The notes beneath the pieces were generated by a model. It was not told the origin of the DNA and searched no databases. It saw only the letters and a list, made by a program, of their open reading frames with translations. A stretch of 64,000 bases of DNA, taken from the human T2T-CHM13v2.0 reference genome, Homo sapiens. The DNA is taken from NCBI RefSeq assembly GCF_009914755.1, contig NC_060928.1. One strand, given 5' to 3'. This document shows, one piece after another, positions 17,812-33,487 of this stretch. A program made the position numbers and the translations under genes. The first letter of the stretch is position 1; each line of letters opens with the position of its first letter.

Positions 17812-19681
17812 CAATAGAAAAGTATTCACCCTTAAAAAGGAAGGAAATTCCGACATGCTACTGTTGGTGATAGTTGCACATGATCAATGTACTTAACACT
17901 ACTCAATTGTACAATTAAAAATGGTGAAGATGGCAAATTTTATGTTCTGTGTATTTTGCCATAACAGAAAAAGTTGAAAGAAAAACAATGTATTTAAGAT
18001 TTAAATAGCAATGCCATACCTAAGAACTTCTACTAAAGAAGTAATCAAATATCTATATTTTAATCCATAAGATTAATCCCTAATAATGTTTACCACAGCA
18101 TTATTTATAATAAAATAATAGAAACACTAAATGTTCAATAAAAAGAAAATGATGAAGTAATTATTGTTAGAACATAATTCCACTTAGCTATTTATAAATT
18201 ATGACACAGATACATGTTCATAATATATTGTAAAATGGAAAAAATTGGTAACAAAAGAGTATTACAATATGTCCCCAATCTTTTAAAACAAATATAGTTA
18301 CAAATATAGTTTTAGAAAATATAGATAGAAATATGCACATTAATAACTCTACTTTTATGTATATTTGTTTCATAATGAAAAATGCATATTTTTAATAAGG
18401 TGAAATATTATTACAGCACGTGAAAGAATAACAGATTCAGGTATTTTGAACTAAAAGAAAACATAGTAAACACATAAGCAACTTATTTTCATAGAGAAAC
18501 CAGAGGTCTAAATGGTAAATGGTTAGGAAACTTTCAAAATTTATACATCTCATCCATGAGGCAATAAGGAGTCAGATCTAAATGCCCAAATGCTATTCAT
18601 TAAACACACATTACATTTCTCACCAAAATTTGGCCAGCAAACACTTGAAACATCTTAAAAATTGCCTCTTAGGAATTGACATTTTCTCCCCTAGTTCTTC
18701 CTAAAATTCATGTATTTTGGAGCCTGAACCTAGACACAAGTATTTCACTTATTTTTCTAAAACATTCTATACAGAATTGTATTAATATAGAGAAATAAGA
18801 TTTTTTCTGTCATCCTTATAATTTGTAAAATTAATAAAATATTCTTAAATTGGTTCAACAGATACTACCAATTCAGGTTTCACTAACAATCACAAAAAAC
18901 ATTTACACAGGTGAAGTATCCAAACTGTTATTTTTTGCCTAGTTATATCTTTTCCTTCAACATTTCTCAATGCATTTTGTCATTATACCTATTAACTGGC
19001 ATACAACTCAGCTCCTTGGTTACTGCAAGAAACCCTATATACCATCACCACAGCCATCATCCGACACACAGAATACTCAGCATGTAACGTCCTTGTATTC
19101 TCCACATCTTTAATCATTGCTAGGTTTGTATATGTACACATGTGAATTATACATGGTCTTTTTTTCTAAATAGTTACTGGAAAGAAAAGATGGTATTTTT
19201 TTCCTTAATGATTCCTCATTAATAAGATACCTATTTGTAAAGCATAAAATACATTATCTCATATATGGTAAATGCTATATATATGCTTATATATATAATT
19301 TTGATAGATCAGTAAATAACAGTTCACATCACAGAAGATAAATACATATTGACTGCAAACCTCAAATTAAAAATAGCAATGGAATGTTGTCCACAAAATC
19401 ATTCTGATTTTTATTTAGAATTACTTATAAAGAGAAGTAGAATTATTTATATGTATAGTCATGTTTAATATTAAACATTTTTAAAAGAAAGTTTATTCCA
19501 ATTATCATCACACTGATTCAATGAATAATTCTATAAATATTTAACAGTATCTATTCTGAGTGAGGCACTATACTGAGGACTTTGTGAACAAAAATAAACA
19601 ACTCAAAAATAAAAGGCCAAAATTAGTGCCTTTAAGAAATTCCCATTAGATTAAAATATTGTACATATATATAGGCTTATT

Positions 19682-19937
19682 ATTTATTTATTTATTTTGA
19701 GACGGAGTCTCACGCTGTCACCTAGGCTGGAGTGCAGTGGCGCCATCTCAGCTCACTGTAACCTCTGCCTCCTCAGCCTCCCGAGTGGCTGGGACTACAG
19801 GCGCCCGCCACCACGCCCGCCTAATTTTTTCTATTTTTAGTAGAGACAGGGTTTCACTGTGTTAGCCAGGATGGTGATCCGCACGCCTTGGCCTCCCAAA
19901 GTGCTGGGATTACAGGTGTGAGCCACCGCGCCTGGCC
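19682..19937 (-). mobile_element. AluY/Sc-like with two internal deletions
   Basis: TSD taggcttatt at 19672-19681 and 19938-19947. About 22 nt are missing at ~19771 and about 19 nt at ~19875 relative to the other Alus in the window. Confidence 0.9.
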
Positions 19938-20640
19938 TAGGCTTATTTTTAAATCTTAAAAGTTCAACATTTTAAATTTTTGTAAGGATGGCCTTTCAAA
20001 ATATGTTTATCATAACACATATGGGCATAATAATAAGACTTAAGCAAAAAAAAAAAAAAAAAAAAACACTTTGGGCAATTAATTTAAAAGGCAAAATAAA
20101 ATCTTAATTCCTCTGAACAAGTAGTATCATTGCTTTAATTACACATCCTCAAAATAACTAGGCCAATAGGGGCTATTAATTAGGTGAAATGTCATCTTGA
20201 ATCCTGGAGAGGTGCTGAACTTACATGAACAAATCCATCCCTTAAGTGATATGGAAAAATCTAACGATATAATGAGCAGAATAAATTCGGAGGTCACTCT
20301 ATCTCCCAGTCACTTAGCAACTGATTTGTAGGGAAGAGGGCAAGAGGGAAATGATTTGTAAAAATAATTAACCATAAACTCAATAGTAGAGATAAGTGAA
20401 AAGGAGGCTGGAAATGGAAGCGGCTTTACCCAGGGCTTCCAGCCAACTCTTCTTGTAGGGAGGAATTCATCATGACACAAAAGCCCCAGACATAATGTTT
20501 ACCTTTCTTCCTTTTATCCATACATCTCTCCGACTTCCCCACGTTCCTGTTTCTATTGATAGACTTCAGGAGCACACATGCAAACCTAAACCCTTTCTCT
20601 TTGTCTCCATAGTTTTCTTTGTCTTTCTTTTTTCCCAAAA

Positions 20641-20673
20641 AGAGATTGAGAGAGACAGAGAGAGAGAGAGAGA
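20641..20673. repeat. (GA)n microsatellite
   Basis: Read directly from the sequence. Confidence 0.9.
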
Positions 20674-22869
20674 TTTCCATGGTATTGGGGGCAGATTTCT
20701 CAGACTTGCCCCTTTCTGCAGGCATAATTGGCACACATCCTCTCTTGCACAACCAAACTCTTAAATTCCAAAGTAAAGCACATTACTACAAACTTGAGTC
20801 ACAAGTACAAACACTCATTTCACTTAGCAGCATAAAGATTTCTGTTTGGTTTTTCTAATTGGCCAGTACTATGTAAAATAAAGGAAGAAAAGGAGGATAT
20901 TTGGGATATTTTCCTAGTAAACTCAAATCACAATCCAATGCTTCAAGCAGAATAAGCCATAAATTCTCACAATGTCAATGTTTTCTTAATTTATTCTTTT
21001 AGCTTACTTGCAATGGATATTTTAAAATAATACTTCTTATAAGAATAACATTATTTCTGGAAATATGGAAATATATCTCTTATTGTTTTGAAATAATTAA
21101 AAAGGCTGTCAAGTAACACTTAACCTCTTAGAGTAAGGTCATTTATTTAATGATAAGGTCATTATTTAATGACAGTAACATAAATTAGTAGACAACTTTG
21201 AAGACTTTAAAATAATTCAGTCTTTTATAAGAAAAATATTCTATATTTTTCAGGTATAATATCAATATTCTTACATTCAAGTTGCTTTAATATCTGTTAA
21301 CATAAACCAAAGCAAGTTATAGTTATGGGCTGGTAAGAAGAGAACAACCATCTATTGAAAACCGTCTACAGATAAGTGCTTTGTATAATAAATTATTTGC
21401 TTTAATATTTTCTTTTCTAGAAATGTGTATAAGAATTACAATATATTACTTAATCTTACAACATAAAACTGCACACACTTTTGCCAAGCGTATGTTTACA
21501 CATTTTATCCACATCCAATTTAAGTAAGTTATGATACATTGAGTTACATTTACTATTTTAAGATATCAATTATAAAACTCATTGTAGGAGAAAACTGTAT
21601 AAACAAAGGCATCTTAATATGGCCCAAAACTAAATAAAATGTTAAGCTATATAATCTTAGTTTGCTTTAATTTCATCTGTGACATTTTATGATTGGTTGA
21701 AATGTCACAACAACAAAAATAAAGTCCAAATAAAGCATTAAATGACTGGCCTGTATGGAGCCATCATTAATCACTTATGAGAGTTACTCATGCTAAATGC
21801 GTCATCCAGAGTAAAAACAAAACAAAACAAAAAAAAAATGAGGTTGACAATATACTAATTTGACCTCTGCATATTGTGAATTGAGTAATCTGTAATGTTG
21901 GAAAACATAAGACTAGTGTAGGAATAATATGGAGATTGGATGGAGGCAGGAAAGTAGGGGCAATGATGCCATAAGCAGCTCTTCCTTAAATTTTATTTAG
22001 TCCTGAAGAATTTAAGAATTTAAATAAAAAGAGAGAGAAGCATATTTTCCACATTTATATACATATATGATTAACTGGCTGATATTTAGAAGGAAATGTA
22101 TATTTTTACATTGAACTTCACTTGTGTTTAGAGTTATAAAAGCAAGTTCAAAATTTTACAAGTAATTTTTAACAGTAAACACAATAATATTTTAGGTTTC
22201 TTCTAATGACGTACAGCCTAATATATTTGTATGGCGTTTCTAACTAGCATTTTAGCATTTGGATCAAGGCAAAGGGCAAAAGTCTCTTGTTTATTTTATC
22301 TCATTTATTTCTGTCCCAAACTCTAGGCTCTCTATAACCTTTAAATATGTTCAGGAGATTCAGTTATGTCTCAATTGTCGAACAACATAAGGGGCTTTTG
22401 AAAGAATGTTTTGACTAATGACAGAGAATTATTATTTTTATTTTCTGTATCATTTTCCTCTCCAATGAACATCTTTTGGTACGTTCTCCCTTTTCCCTAG
22501 CTTAAATTGTCACTTAGGCTAGTCCACTGAGCTAGCCCACAGTCTCCCGAATAGAAGGCGGCTGGGAAGTGCCCATCAGTCAGGGACAGACAGACAGCCA
22601 AGGAGAGGTTTAGAAATTAAAATTCAGTGTGAAGCTAGAAAGACAAAATGGAGAAGTGATAACAGGCTAGGACCAAACTAAACAGAAGTGAGGAGGTATA
22701 AATCCTGAGCAATCACCTCAAGAACAATGCCACCCAGCATGCCATTGGCTTTTACAGGTCACTGGCTTGACAGGAGTAATTCAAAATGTGGGAGGAAAAA
22801 GCCACATCGGATGGCTACTCTGCTAATTTATCTTATGCAGCAAACAAGGCAGTGTAGAAATTGCAGTAA

Positions 22870-23728
<859 letters not shown>

Positions 23729-23799
23729 TATATTCTTCATTTATAGAGGATGATGCTATACAACACTCAAATCCTCTCTTCTAAACTAAGGCACTCATT

Positions 23800-24045
23800 T
23801 ATCCAAATGCCAGGAGTTTTGCTTACTGACAGCACACAGCTGAGCCGTTTCCTAAAAATGGCCCTCTGCTAAAAGGAGCTTCTGGGCCCAAGGTTACTCC
23901 TCTTCCCCAGTGACTGTGCAATGCAAGGTACAAAGCCTTCACACCACCTCCACACTTTGCCTTAACTTGGGGCATCGCCTTAGGGTCACTGCAACTTCAC
24001 AGATACCCATGGGATCAGCTGAGGTCTCTGTTGCAACTGCATGGT
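23800..24045 (+). mobile_element. LTR16A-like ERVL LTR fragment
   Basis: TGACAGCACACAGCTGAG, GCCCAAGGTTA and GCTGAGGTCTCTGTTGCAACTGCAT match the recalled LTR16A consensus. Confidence 0.6.
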
Positions 24046-24049
24046 GCCC

Positions 24050-24860
24050 AAGCAAAGACTAAGACTTCATAATACAGTACAGCTTGTATTTATAGCCTTT
24101 GCAGACCAGTTAAAAATAAAAATAAACCTTTGTCTTTGTGAAGAATCCCAAAATAGGTGGAAAGCAATGTCCAGCCTCTTCCTACTGAAGTGGAAGTCCA
24201 TTTTGTTCTTGACTGGTCCTCCAGGCCTCCAGAAGATCTATGCACCCCCTAATAGACTTTTACACACAATGTTTGAAGGCAACTTCTAAACTTCATCCAA
24301 CCTTCTCCAGGAGCAGAGGAATTTCATCATGCTGATGACATCTTCCTCTAAGGAGAGTCAGTTCACACACTTATTCAGTACATGCAAACATTCACAAATA
24401 AGTTCACAAAGAAAAAATGTGCCATTGTCCCCCACACAGTACAAGGCCTCATCACCTTGGTTAAATTCCTGAAAATTATTTAGCAAGTCAAGAATCACTC
24501 TATCCCTGACACTGTCAAGAAACAGCCATTGACCCTCAATACCCACATGCTCAACATCTTTTAAGCCTTGTGGATTCTGGAGGCAACATATTCTGCATTA
24601 CAAATTTTACTTTTTATCATGTTAAACTTACTTTTTACCAAATTTTAAATTTTACCATTTAGGGTGTTACATATCAGCTCCCCTTTAATGAGGCCCCCTT
24701 TTACAACAGAAGCCTCTAGAATCTGCCCAAATTTGCAGTACAGCTGGCATTCACCCTAGTGCCTCCCTCCCCCAAGACTTCTTCATTTTAGAAACCTCCT
24801 CTCATGTCTCCTGGAACATCTGGATCACCTATAATGGCCATAACTTGCGTATGGACTCTG
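24050..24860 (+). pseudogene. ERVL-class (class III) pol remnant: RT and connection region
   Basis: HADDI (24328-24342, the YxDD position), VKFL (24460-24471) and GFWRQHI (24572-24592) occur in the order expected for ERVL pol. No open frame remains. Confidence 0.7.
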
Positions 24861-24879
24861 TGATGAGTCCTGTGAACAT

Positions 24880-25498
24880 TGTCCTGTTCGGCACCATACT
24901 ACACACCATTAGAACAGCATTGCTGGCTGCATTCTGTGCTCTCCTGAGAATGGAGGCTCTCACAGGGCCTGAGCCCTCAACTCCACATACCCACTTGCAC
25001 ATTATGCTTTGGGTCATGAAAACAGCACCTGGAAAGCTCAGCACTTCCACTGAGGCCTCCTTGCTACAAAGACAAACCCGGAACCTCGGGCCATTTCCAC
25101 CTGCAGGAGGCAGTAGCCTCCCCTATCCCCAAATCTCACCCCTCCCTCTTCTTCCTCTGCACCACATCTGGGCAAACTAATAAGAAAGCCCAGATGCTCC
25201 CTCCTCTGGTGGCAACAGGAAGTTCAAATCACACAAGCCCTGGCCAATACATAAAAGAATTCTCACTTTGCCCCAACCCCCTAACCACAGTAAAATCCCA
25301 AGCGAGTCTCTTTTCCCTGCTTTTCATGGCAGTCTTGGACCTGCTTAGAAACATGCCCTGCTCTCCCCAGAAAGTCTCATTATGTAAATAATGTGCCTTT
25401 CATACCCTCTTGTGGCATGTGTGGCATCATCAATCTTGACACCTGAACCAAATTTGTGGGAGAGATGTCCATCCTTCCTCTGGAGGGTGACTTAGACA
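24880..25498 (+). mobile_element. MER74/MER73/MER54-family ERVL LTR
   Basis: TGCCCTGCTCTCCCCAGAAAGTCTCATTATG...CCTTTTCATACCCTCTTG...GTGTGGCATCATC...GAACCAAATTT. TG...CA ends. Confidence 0.65.
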
Positions 25499-25644
25499 TA
25501 CCCTAGTTTTTATGTAAACCTTTCTTGAGCTTAGTTGCCGTTCTTTATGATCCGAAATATCAAATGTAGGAATTGGAACCCTACCTCAGTTCTAATGATC
25601 TGAGTGCACTGAACAAATGAAACTGTTTCAATGTTTTCATGTAA

Positions 25645-26100
25645 AAAATATTTATTTAATGCATACTATGGGCCTGGAATTCTGCTAGACACTAAGAATA
25701 CAGAGGAGTTGTCAGTCTAATGGGAAAGACAGATATTATCAATGCCATTTTAAGAAATGTAAATTTTCAACTGTGACAAATGCCGGGGAAGAAAAGTATG
25801 TTAATATGTTATATGAACCTATCAGTTCTAATGGAATCAGTCCTAGACAGTCAGAAATATTAAGGAAGTGATATATTAACTGAAAGCTTAAGAATGAGTA
25901 GAAGTGCACTAGGTAAAAAAGGAAGGGAACAGAGTTCCAGGTAGAGGGACTAGCAAAGACACAGTGGCAGAGGAAGCATAGAGAATGTGAGAGACTGAAA
26001 ATCAGAGCAACCATTGAAGAGCTTCGGGGTAAGCATGACTTTATCAGATTTGTGTTTTAATGATTACACCGGGTCAGTATGAGGAATGAATTAAAGAAGG
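25645..26100 (-). mobile_element. L2 3' fragment
   Basis: ATATTTATTTAATGCATACTATG..., CAGTCTAATGGGAAAGACAG and GTTCCAGGTAGAGGGACTAGC are antisense L2 motifs. Confidence 0.7.
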
Positions 26101-26582
26101 TAGATATATTGACGATCAAACACCAATAACCCAATATCAATGCTATTGATTTAATTCACAAGCATATGTATACCTTCCCTTTCTTTGCTCCCCAAATTTA
26201 AGATAACATAATCTATGCACAAGATTTGATAAATCTGAGTTTGTGTTTTCCCTCAAAATTAGAAAATAAGGTCAGAGAATCTCATCTTCTGAAATGGAAG
26301 TATAAAAATATTATCCAAGATGAATGAGACTAGCCTTACTATTCATTTACAGAAATAACATCTTAAATACAATTCTCTATTGCAATGAAAATTAAATCTT
26401 ATTTATTTTGCAGTAATCTAAAATTTATAGACAGCAGATGTTTAGTTGGCCCAAAGGAACCTTGAAGTTAACTGTTCTCAATTAGTGTGTAAATTTAACT
26501 GCTAAAGTAAGTTAATACCCTAGGGGAAAAAATAATGTTAATACTCATGCAAGAATCCAAATAGGTCAATATATTCGTTTTC

Positions 26583-27124
26583 TGTGCAGAAAAGAGTTAA
26601 CAGCAGCCTGAAGCTGTTATCCCTAGAAATCCGTGCTTGGAAGTTTGGCCCTGAGCTGGAGTATAGAAACTTGGAGGTGGAGAGGGTTTCTACCATTGTC
26701 AGGACTGATGAGAGGGCCATAACTGTTTGTATTAACAATGTGGTTTATGCTGAATACCTGCTTTCCTCCTGGAAGTCTCAAATTTTTGTACATCCCAGAC
26801 ACAGGGTGCCTACATGACTAGCCACCAATAAATCCTTGGGCTGTAGTTTTCAGTGAGCCTTCCTGGTAGACATGTAGTCACAATCTGTTGCTGTAGGAAA
26901 TGGGCAAGTCCTGTGTGACTCTACCGAGAGAAGACTCCTGAAAGCTTGTGTGTGGTTCCCTTTGAATTTCACCTCATGGGCCATTTTCTTTTGCTAATTC
27001 ACTTCGCAGCCTTTCACTATAATAAATCCTAACTGCGAATGTAACTCTATATTTTGAGTTCTCTGAGTCCTCTTAGCAACTCATCACACTCAGTGGTGGT
27101 CTTTGGGACCCGCCCCCCAACACA
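26583..27124 (+). mobile_element. MER68-like ERVL solo LTR
   Basis: Starts TGTGCAGAAAAGAGTTAACA and ends CCAACACA. Perfect 5-bp TSD ttttc at 26578-26582 and 27125-27129. Confidence 0.85.
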
Positions 27125-28684
27125 TTTTCCATATTTTATCGGTAACATAACGAGAGAGTGAATATATCACTTATTGCTATTTTAAAAGCTTTATGCTCAA
27201 TAGGTACTAATAAAACATCAACATATTAATTACCTAGATGCATTTAAGAGTAATAGGGAATATTTCCAAAAGGCAGTGCACTATTGGTGCCCACTGACAC
27301 AAGCTTTGATATTAACTCTCTCTCCAATACATTCTCCATAAATGTTTTCTAAGCCTATCTCCCCTAATAGATATGTAGATTTAGATATATGTATACATAT
27401 AGACATGGACATGGACATGCACATTCATATACATTTAGAAAAAGAAAGTAGATATAGACAGGGATGTTTAACAACAGTTTTCTGAAACAATATATTCAGA
27501 AAAACCTTTTGATTATGACAGCATATAGGATAATACAAATGGTCTTCATATACACTAATCAAATACTGAGTTTCATTTTTAAAAAGTTAGAAATGCTTTT
27601 CCTTGCATAGGGATTTCTGGCTTTCAGCATCTGCTGACACACTTGGTTCTCAATGAAGCAAGCCTGGCAGGCATGATTTTATAGAACATAAATCTAAGTG
27701 TGTGAGGGGCTCACAGGACAACTAAGCCACAAGCTTCTGAACTGTCACTTGGGTATCTAAATAGGCTAGGCTTACTCTCCATTTAAAGCCAGACTTTACC
27801 CGGTTTCAAGTGGAAAGTTGTATTTCAAGTTCATAGTGCATTTTAAAATCCTTAGATGATGCTAAATACAATGGGACATATAAAAATAGAGGAAAAACTT
27901 AGCATATTACCAGTGGCAGGTTAAAAGATCACTAATTTCAGTGGGCAGTATCATACCACATTATGCCAGAGTTTAAAGATATTTCAAAATTCCTTTGTTG
28001 CACATAAGTTAGTACAGTAACCAGCATTAAACCTTGAATATATTTTACTTCTAAGGGATTTTAATTGGACATTTTAAATTGCATATTATTTTCATCAGTT
28101 TCTAGGTAATTTACCCAACAATGCAAAATTCCAAGAGGAAGTCATCACCTTAATTTCTCCTCAAGAATTTTGAAGAGAGTTCCAGAAAATAAGAAACGAC
28201 AGATGTGCCTGGAATTTCATTTCTATTCCATGTTAGGACAGCGTACTATAGCATTCTATGTTCTATATTACAAGCAGGTCTGAAAGCCATTTCCATAGTG
28301 AGAATGAATTCCTGAAGAATCTGACATAGCTGTCCCTGAGCATTTGCCAATATCATTTCAAATGATTATAGGTCCTCTATGTGAGACATGTATACTCCTA
28401 AAGCAATGCAAATCTAATTTATCTAGCTTCACTTGGTAACATATTTTCATTGGATTTGATGAATTGCTTTTCCTGATTTTTTGAAAAAATATGGTTTTAT
28501 GTCCAATAATAACATATTGTGAATGTCACAATTTGTCTTGTCAGTCATGGTAACACAGAGCCCTTGATGAATCAGAAATAAGAAGGGTTCTCTGACACTA
28601 CTCCCCACTTATTTGTTCTCCTAGAGGTTACAAAAGTGTAAATATCTACTTTGCAGAATATAAAGATGATTAGAAAAAAGACAC

Positions 28685-29021
<337 letters not shown>

Positions 29022-29199
29022 CTATTCTCCGGTCTCTAAGAATACTTTCTCACCTGTCAGCAACGTCAATTACAAGATAGGAGATTTGGAGATTATGTAT
29101 GACCAAACTAAAACTCTTCAGAGATACTCAAAATAATGGCATTACTCACACAGGGACCAAAAAAATATGTAGCCTAAAACAATATTAATATGGATCTGC

Positions 29200-30277
29200 C
29201 CACATTATTTAAGGTCAAGTTTCTTTGTCCTGTGCAATCTGACCTCTGCCTGGCTCTCTATCCCTGTTTCTTTCCTGTCCTTACCTCACATTTTGTTTTA
29301 ACCCTGAATTACTTATGATGTCTGTTCTCAAAGTGTACTTAGGGTTTGTTTTAATCAGATATAAGACATGCTGACACAAAAATGACTGTCATGAAGGAAG
29401 AAGTCCGTACTCACAGATCCCTAGAAACAGTAGACACTGCACACCATGCAGGGCCATGTGGGGAATGACCAGGGTAGGTCAGGAGGTGAGACGAAAGAGC
29501 ATGGCCCAAATCCTTGTTGGCTATTTATTGAAAAGGAATGAGAAAGGCAGGGTAGGTACACTAAGTAAGCTTAGGATTGGATAGCTTGAATAATTTTGCA
29601 GGACTCTGGGCTATAGGAACTGTCCCTAGTTGTCTGATACCTGGTCCTGGGGTGATTTAGGGCAGGAGAATATTAGGTTGATGTGTAAGAGAGTTTGATA
29701 AAGGAAATGGTTAGGAGCATGGGCTCTGCATTGTTTGGCTTGTGTGTATATGAAAAGTGTACTTGCAGGAGGGTCATTTGCTATCTCTAGGAATTAGCTA
29801 GCTCTGGGAGGGGCAATCTCTCCAGGATCAAGGCCCGAGATGCCAGAGAATCAAGGTCACAGAAAAAACAGTAAATGTCGTGTATCACAATATCATGTTC
29901 TTTTTTCCTTCCCCTTTTCTCCTGCAGCTTCCTCTATCTGAAATCCTTCTCCCATATACTTCTACTTTTTAACTTATTTTTATATTTTACAACTCAGTTA
30001 AGTTACAAATTCATCTCAGAAGCCTTGCCAGATCACTCTTGCTAGACCTAGACTGGGAAATTGCCACTCCAGGGTGTTCACAAGATATTGTAAGCATAAT
30101 TCTATCACCCTTTGTGTCATATTTATAAGTGTATCTTATTTCTAAGTCTTAATTATAAATATCTGTTACCCACCATACAATGAACTTCTTCGGGAAAGAA
30201 ATATCTGATCCATGTTTGTATCCCCAGCACTTTACATAGTAGTCATTAAATAAATAAATATTTGTTGAATGAATGAA
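29200..30277 (+). mobile_element. L2 3' portion, interrupted by an LTR
   Basis: CTGTGCAATCTGACCTCTGCC on the left and TTTGTATCCCCAGCAC...AATATTTGTTGAATGAATGAA at the terminus. Confidence 0.65.
29334..29889 (-). mobile_element. MER76/LTR47-like ERVL solo LTR
   Basis: Antisense TTTGCTATCTCTAGGAATTAGCTAGCTCTGGGAGGGGCA and AGGCCCGAGATGCCAGAG. TG...CA ends. Confidence 0.65.
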
Positions 30278-31194
30278 GACAGATTCCCGGGTAAGCTATG
30301 ATTTCTCTCAGTCTAGCTTCATGTCTTATTTTGAGTCCTTCATGAGCAACAATGACTATAAAATATAGTTTAAGTTCATATTTCAACTACACTAATTTCA
30401 TTAAATAACAAGACTATGCATAGTTCAAAACATAGCAACATTCACTTATAGTTCTACAAGTCTCTAAATGTATCGTCTTTCAGAGAAAGTAAGAATGAAA
30501 AGTTTAAACAAATACTTCATATATTGAAATTTTCAACCTTCATTATGAGTTTTCAAGGCAACTAAAGGTTGCCCAGCAACACTCTGTTGAAATTTTGTTA
30601 AGTTTCAACATAAAGATCCTAATTAAATACCAATGGGAAGAGCAAAGTCAATTCTAGGGTCCACATGAAGTTTAATTTTTTTCACACTTCCACATTCCCA
30701 AATACAACAATCATGTACTATTAAAATATTTTACTGCCCACACCCCCAATACATCAATTATACACCATTAAAATATTATCAATGTGCTGAAATTTTGTTA
30801 TAATAAAATAATAAAGTAGCCATTGTGAAAAGATTATATGGCAGCAATATGTGTGGGGTCATTAAGATGAATCTATATTATGCCTACACCTGAAAAAGGA
30901 ATTCCTATTATATTAGTAAATGTTTATCAAGTTTCAGTCACATGGAAATAACTTACAAACCCTACAAGTATCCAGACTCTCTTTCTTCTAGTACCTGTCC
31001 CTATCTAAAAGCTATCCACTTTATAGTAGAATAAACTAATATGGCCTGTGTTATGAAGGAAATTAACATCCTTAATGGTTAACTAAAAATGCAGGAAAAC
31101 AACTGGCTTTTTTCATTGTATGCATGATTGAAAATGTGAAATATATAGGAACTTTCTTATTTTTTACTCTCTAACTACTTAGGATTTTATTTTA

Positions 31195-31566
<372 letters not shown>

Positions 31567-32852
31567 TCATAAACACTTTTGAGTTGTCAGATCTGAAAAT
31601 AATCAATCATGCCTTAGAAAAAAAGGTACTTCCCAAACGTTTTTATCTTTAAGTGATTTTAGAAAAGTAAATATATACAATTTGATTGATTAAAAAAATA
31701 TTTCTCATTGAGTACTGTGTTTCATTTTAAAGGTTATTAACTTCACCTTTAAAAGGGAAATGAAGCACATGAACTGTCAGTGTATGAATTACCGTATGAC
31801 TTTAAATTGTATCACTCAAAGAAAACAGCACACAACACATAAAGAAAGGTTTGGCATACGCCTTGCTCAGGGAATGTTTAAAAGAGTATGACATGCCTAC
31901 ATATATCCTGATAACCTACTAATTTTAAAAATTTTAAAAATAGACTATCTCTTCTAATTTTACCTCAGAAATATATTTTTGTGACTATTCTGCTTACATG
32001 GAAAAAACCATGAGGATAAATTTCTGGAATTATTGATCTATATGACTCATCAGCCTAATACTTAAGTAAATATATACAAATTAATGTTACCTATATACTA
32101 ATGAAATTGTACTTATACAAGTTCACTTATTAATTTCCTTAGTATAGAACTAATTTATAAATTATTTCTTTAAAACTACCCTTGATTTATTCCCCTTTAT
32201 TTCTATGCAATTTAAGTTTTAGCAAAATATTACAACTTCAATGTTTTTAACCTCAAAATAGCATATAACAACATCTGGTCAACATTTAATCACCTAGTTT
32301 TATAGTAATTATAAAGTCTCTGCCCTTTTAAATACTTGCTCAGTCTGCTTTTTGTTTTATTCATAACCTTTTTTATCTGCTTAGATAGGAGGGGCAATTT
32401 AACAGCTCTGGGAAGAATGGTCTAAAAATCTAGACCGGGGATAACTGGAAAAGGGATGCTGAACGAATATCTAATTTTAGGTCCATTTGAACATTTTATC
32501 AGAAAATATGAATTGATAAGCATTAGAATCTTCAGCCAAGACCAACGCTAACAAGAAAGTGAAAATGCAAGGAGGGGATTTTTAATCTCATGAATTACTT
32601 GGTTATTAAAATAATTTCTGTGGCATGTCCTATAACTGCAGTGTAGATATTTAAAATGAGTTCTTTATTATTACCTCTAAAGAGCTTTTACCAGTTGGGT
32701 AGAAGTAGAATTAACAGACAAAATACATATAATCTTTGGGTCATACTTATACTAAAAAATTGCTTGTTTTTTATTTGAAATTCACCTTTAACTGTGCATC
32801 CTGCATTTTTATTTGCCAAAGTTGGTAACCTATATAGAAGTACAATTGTAGG

Positions 32853-33176
<324 letters not shown>

Positions 33177-33258
33177 TTATAGGGATAGTAATTCATTTTT
33201 CCCTCACATTTGGATTAAAGAAAATCTTGATCTTTAATGTTGCAAAAATATATGTTCT

Positions 33259-33381
33259 TAGGACCAACTACATAATGCACAGGGCCTTATGTAAAATGAA
33301 AATGCAGGACCCTTTTCAACAATTATTATTCCAACATGGCAACAGTAGAGCATTAAGCCAAATGCCCATGAAGCCAGGGCT
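33259..33381 (-). mobile_element. MER91A-like hAT fragment
   Basis: AGGACCAACTACATAAT...AAAATGAAAATGCAGGACCC...AGAGCATTAA...CCCATGAAGCCAG matches the recalled antisense consensus with an internal deletion. Confidence 0.6.
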
Positions 33382-33487
33382 ATTCTTAGAAATTTAGAAT
33401 CCTAGACATTAGGCTATATATAAATCAAGTAGCCTTATATTACAGAAGAACATAGATGGGTTCAGTTTAACTGGAATTGGTCTATAC

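Noticed and set aside
20046-20066. Isolated A21 tract, possibly a processed pseudogene tail
   Set aside because: No TSD or recognisable retrocopy upstream. Treated as a simple poly-A.
21678-21709. Short stem-loop TGTGACATTT...AAATGTCACA
   Set aside because: A 10-bp stem with a spacer is expected by chance.
25198-25214. CTCF-like motif (GCCACCAGAGGAGG on -), and a weaker CTCF/YY1-like one at ~49605-49618
   Set aside because: Imperfect matches that cannot be supported without PWM scoring or ChIP data.
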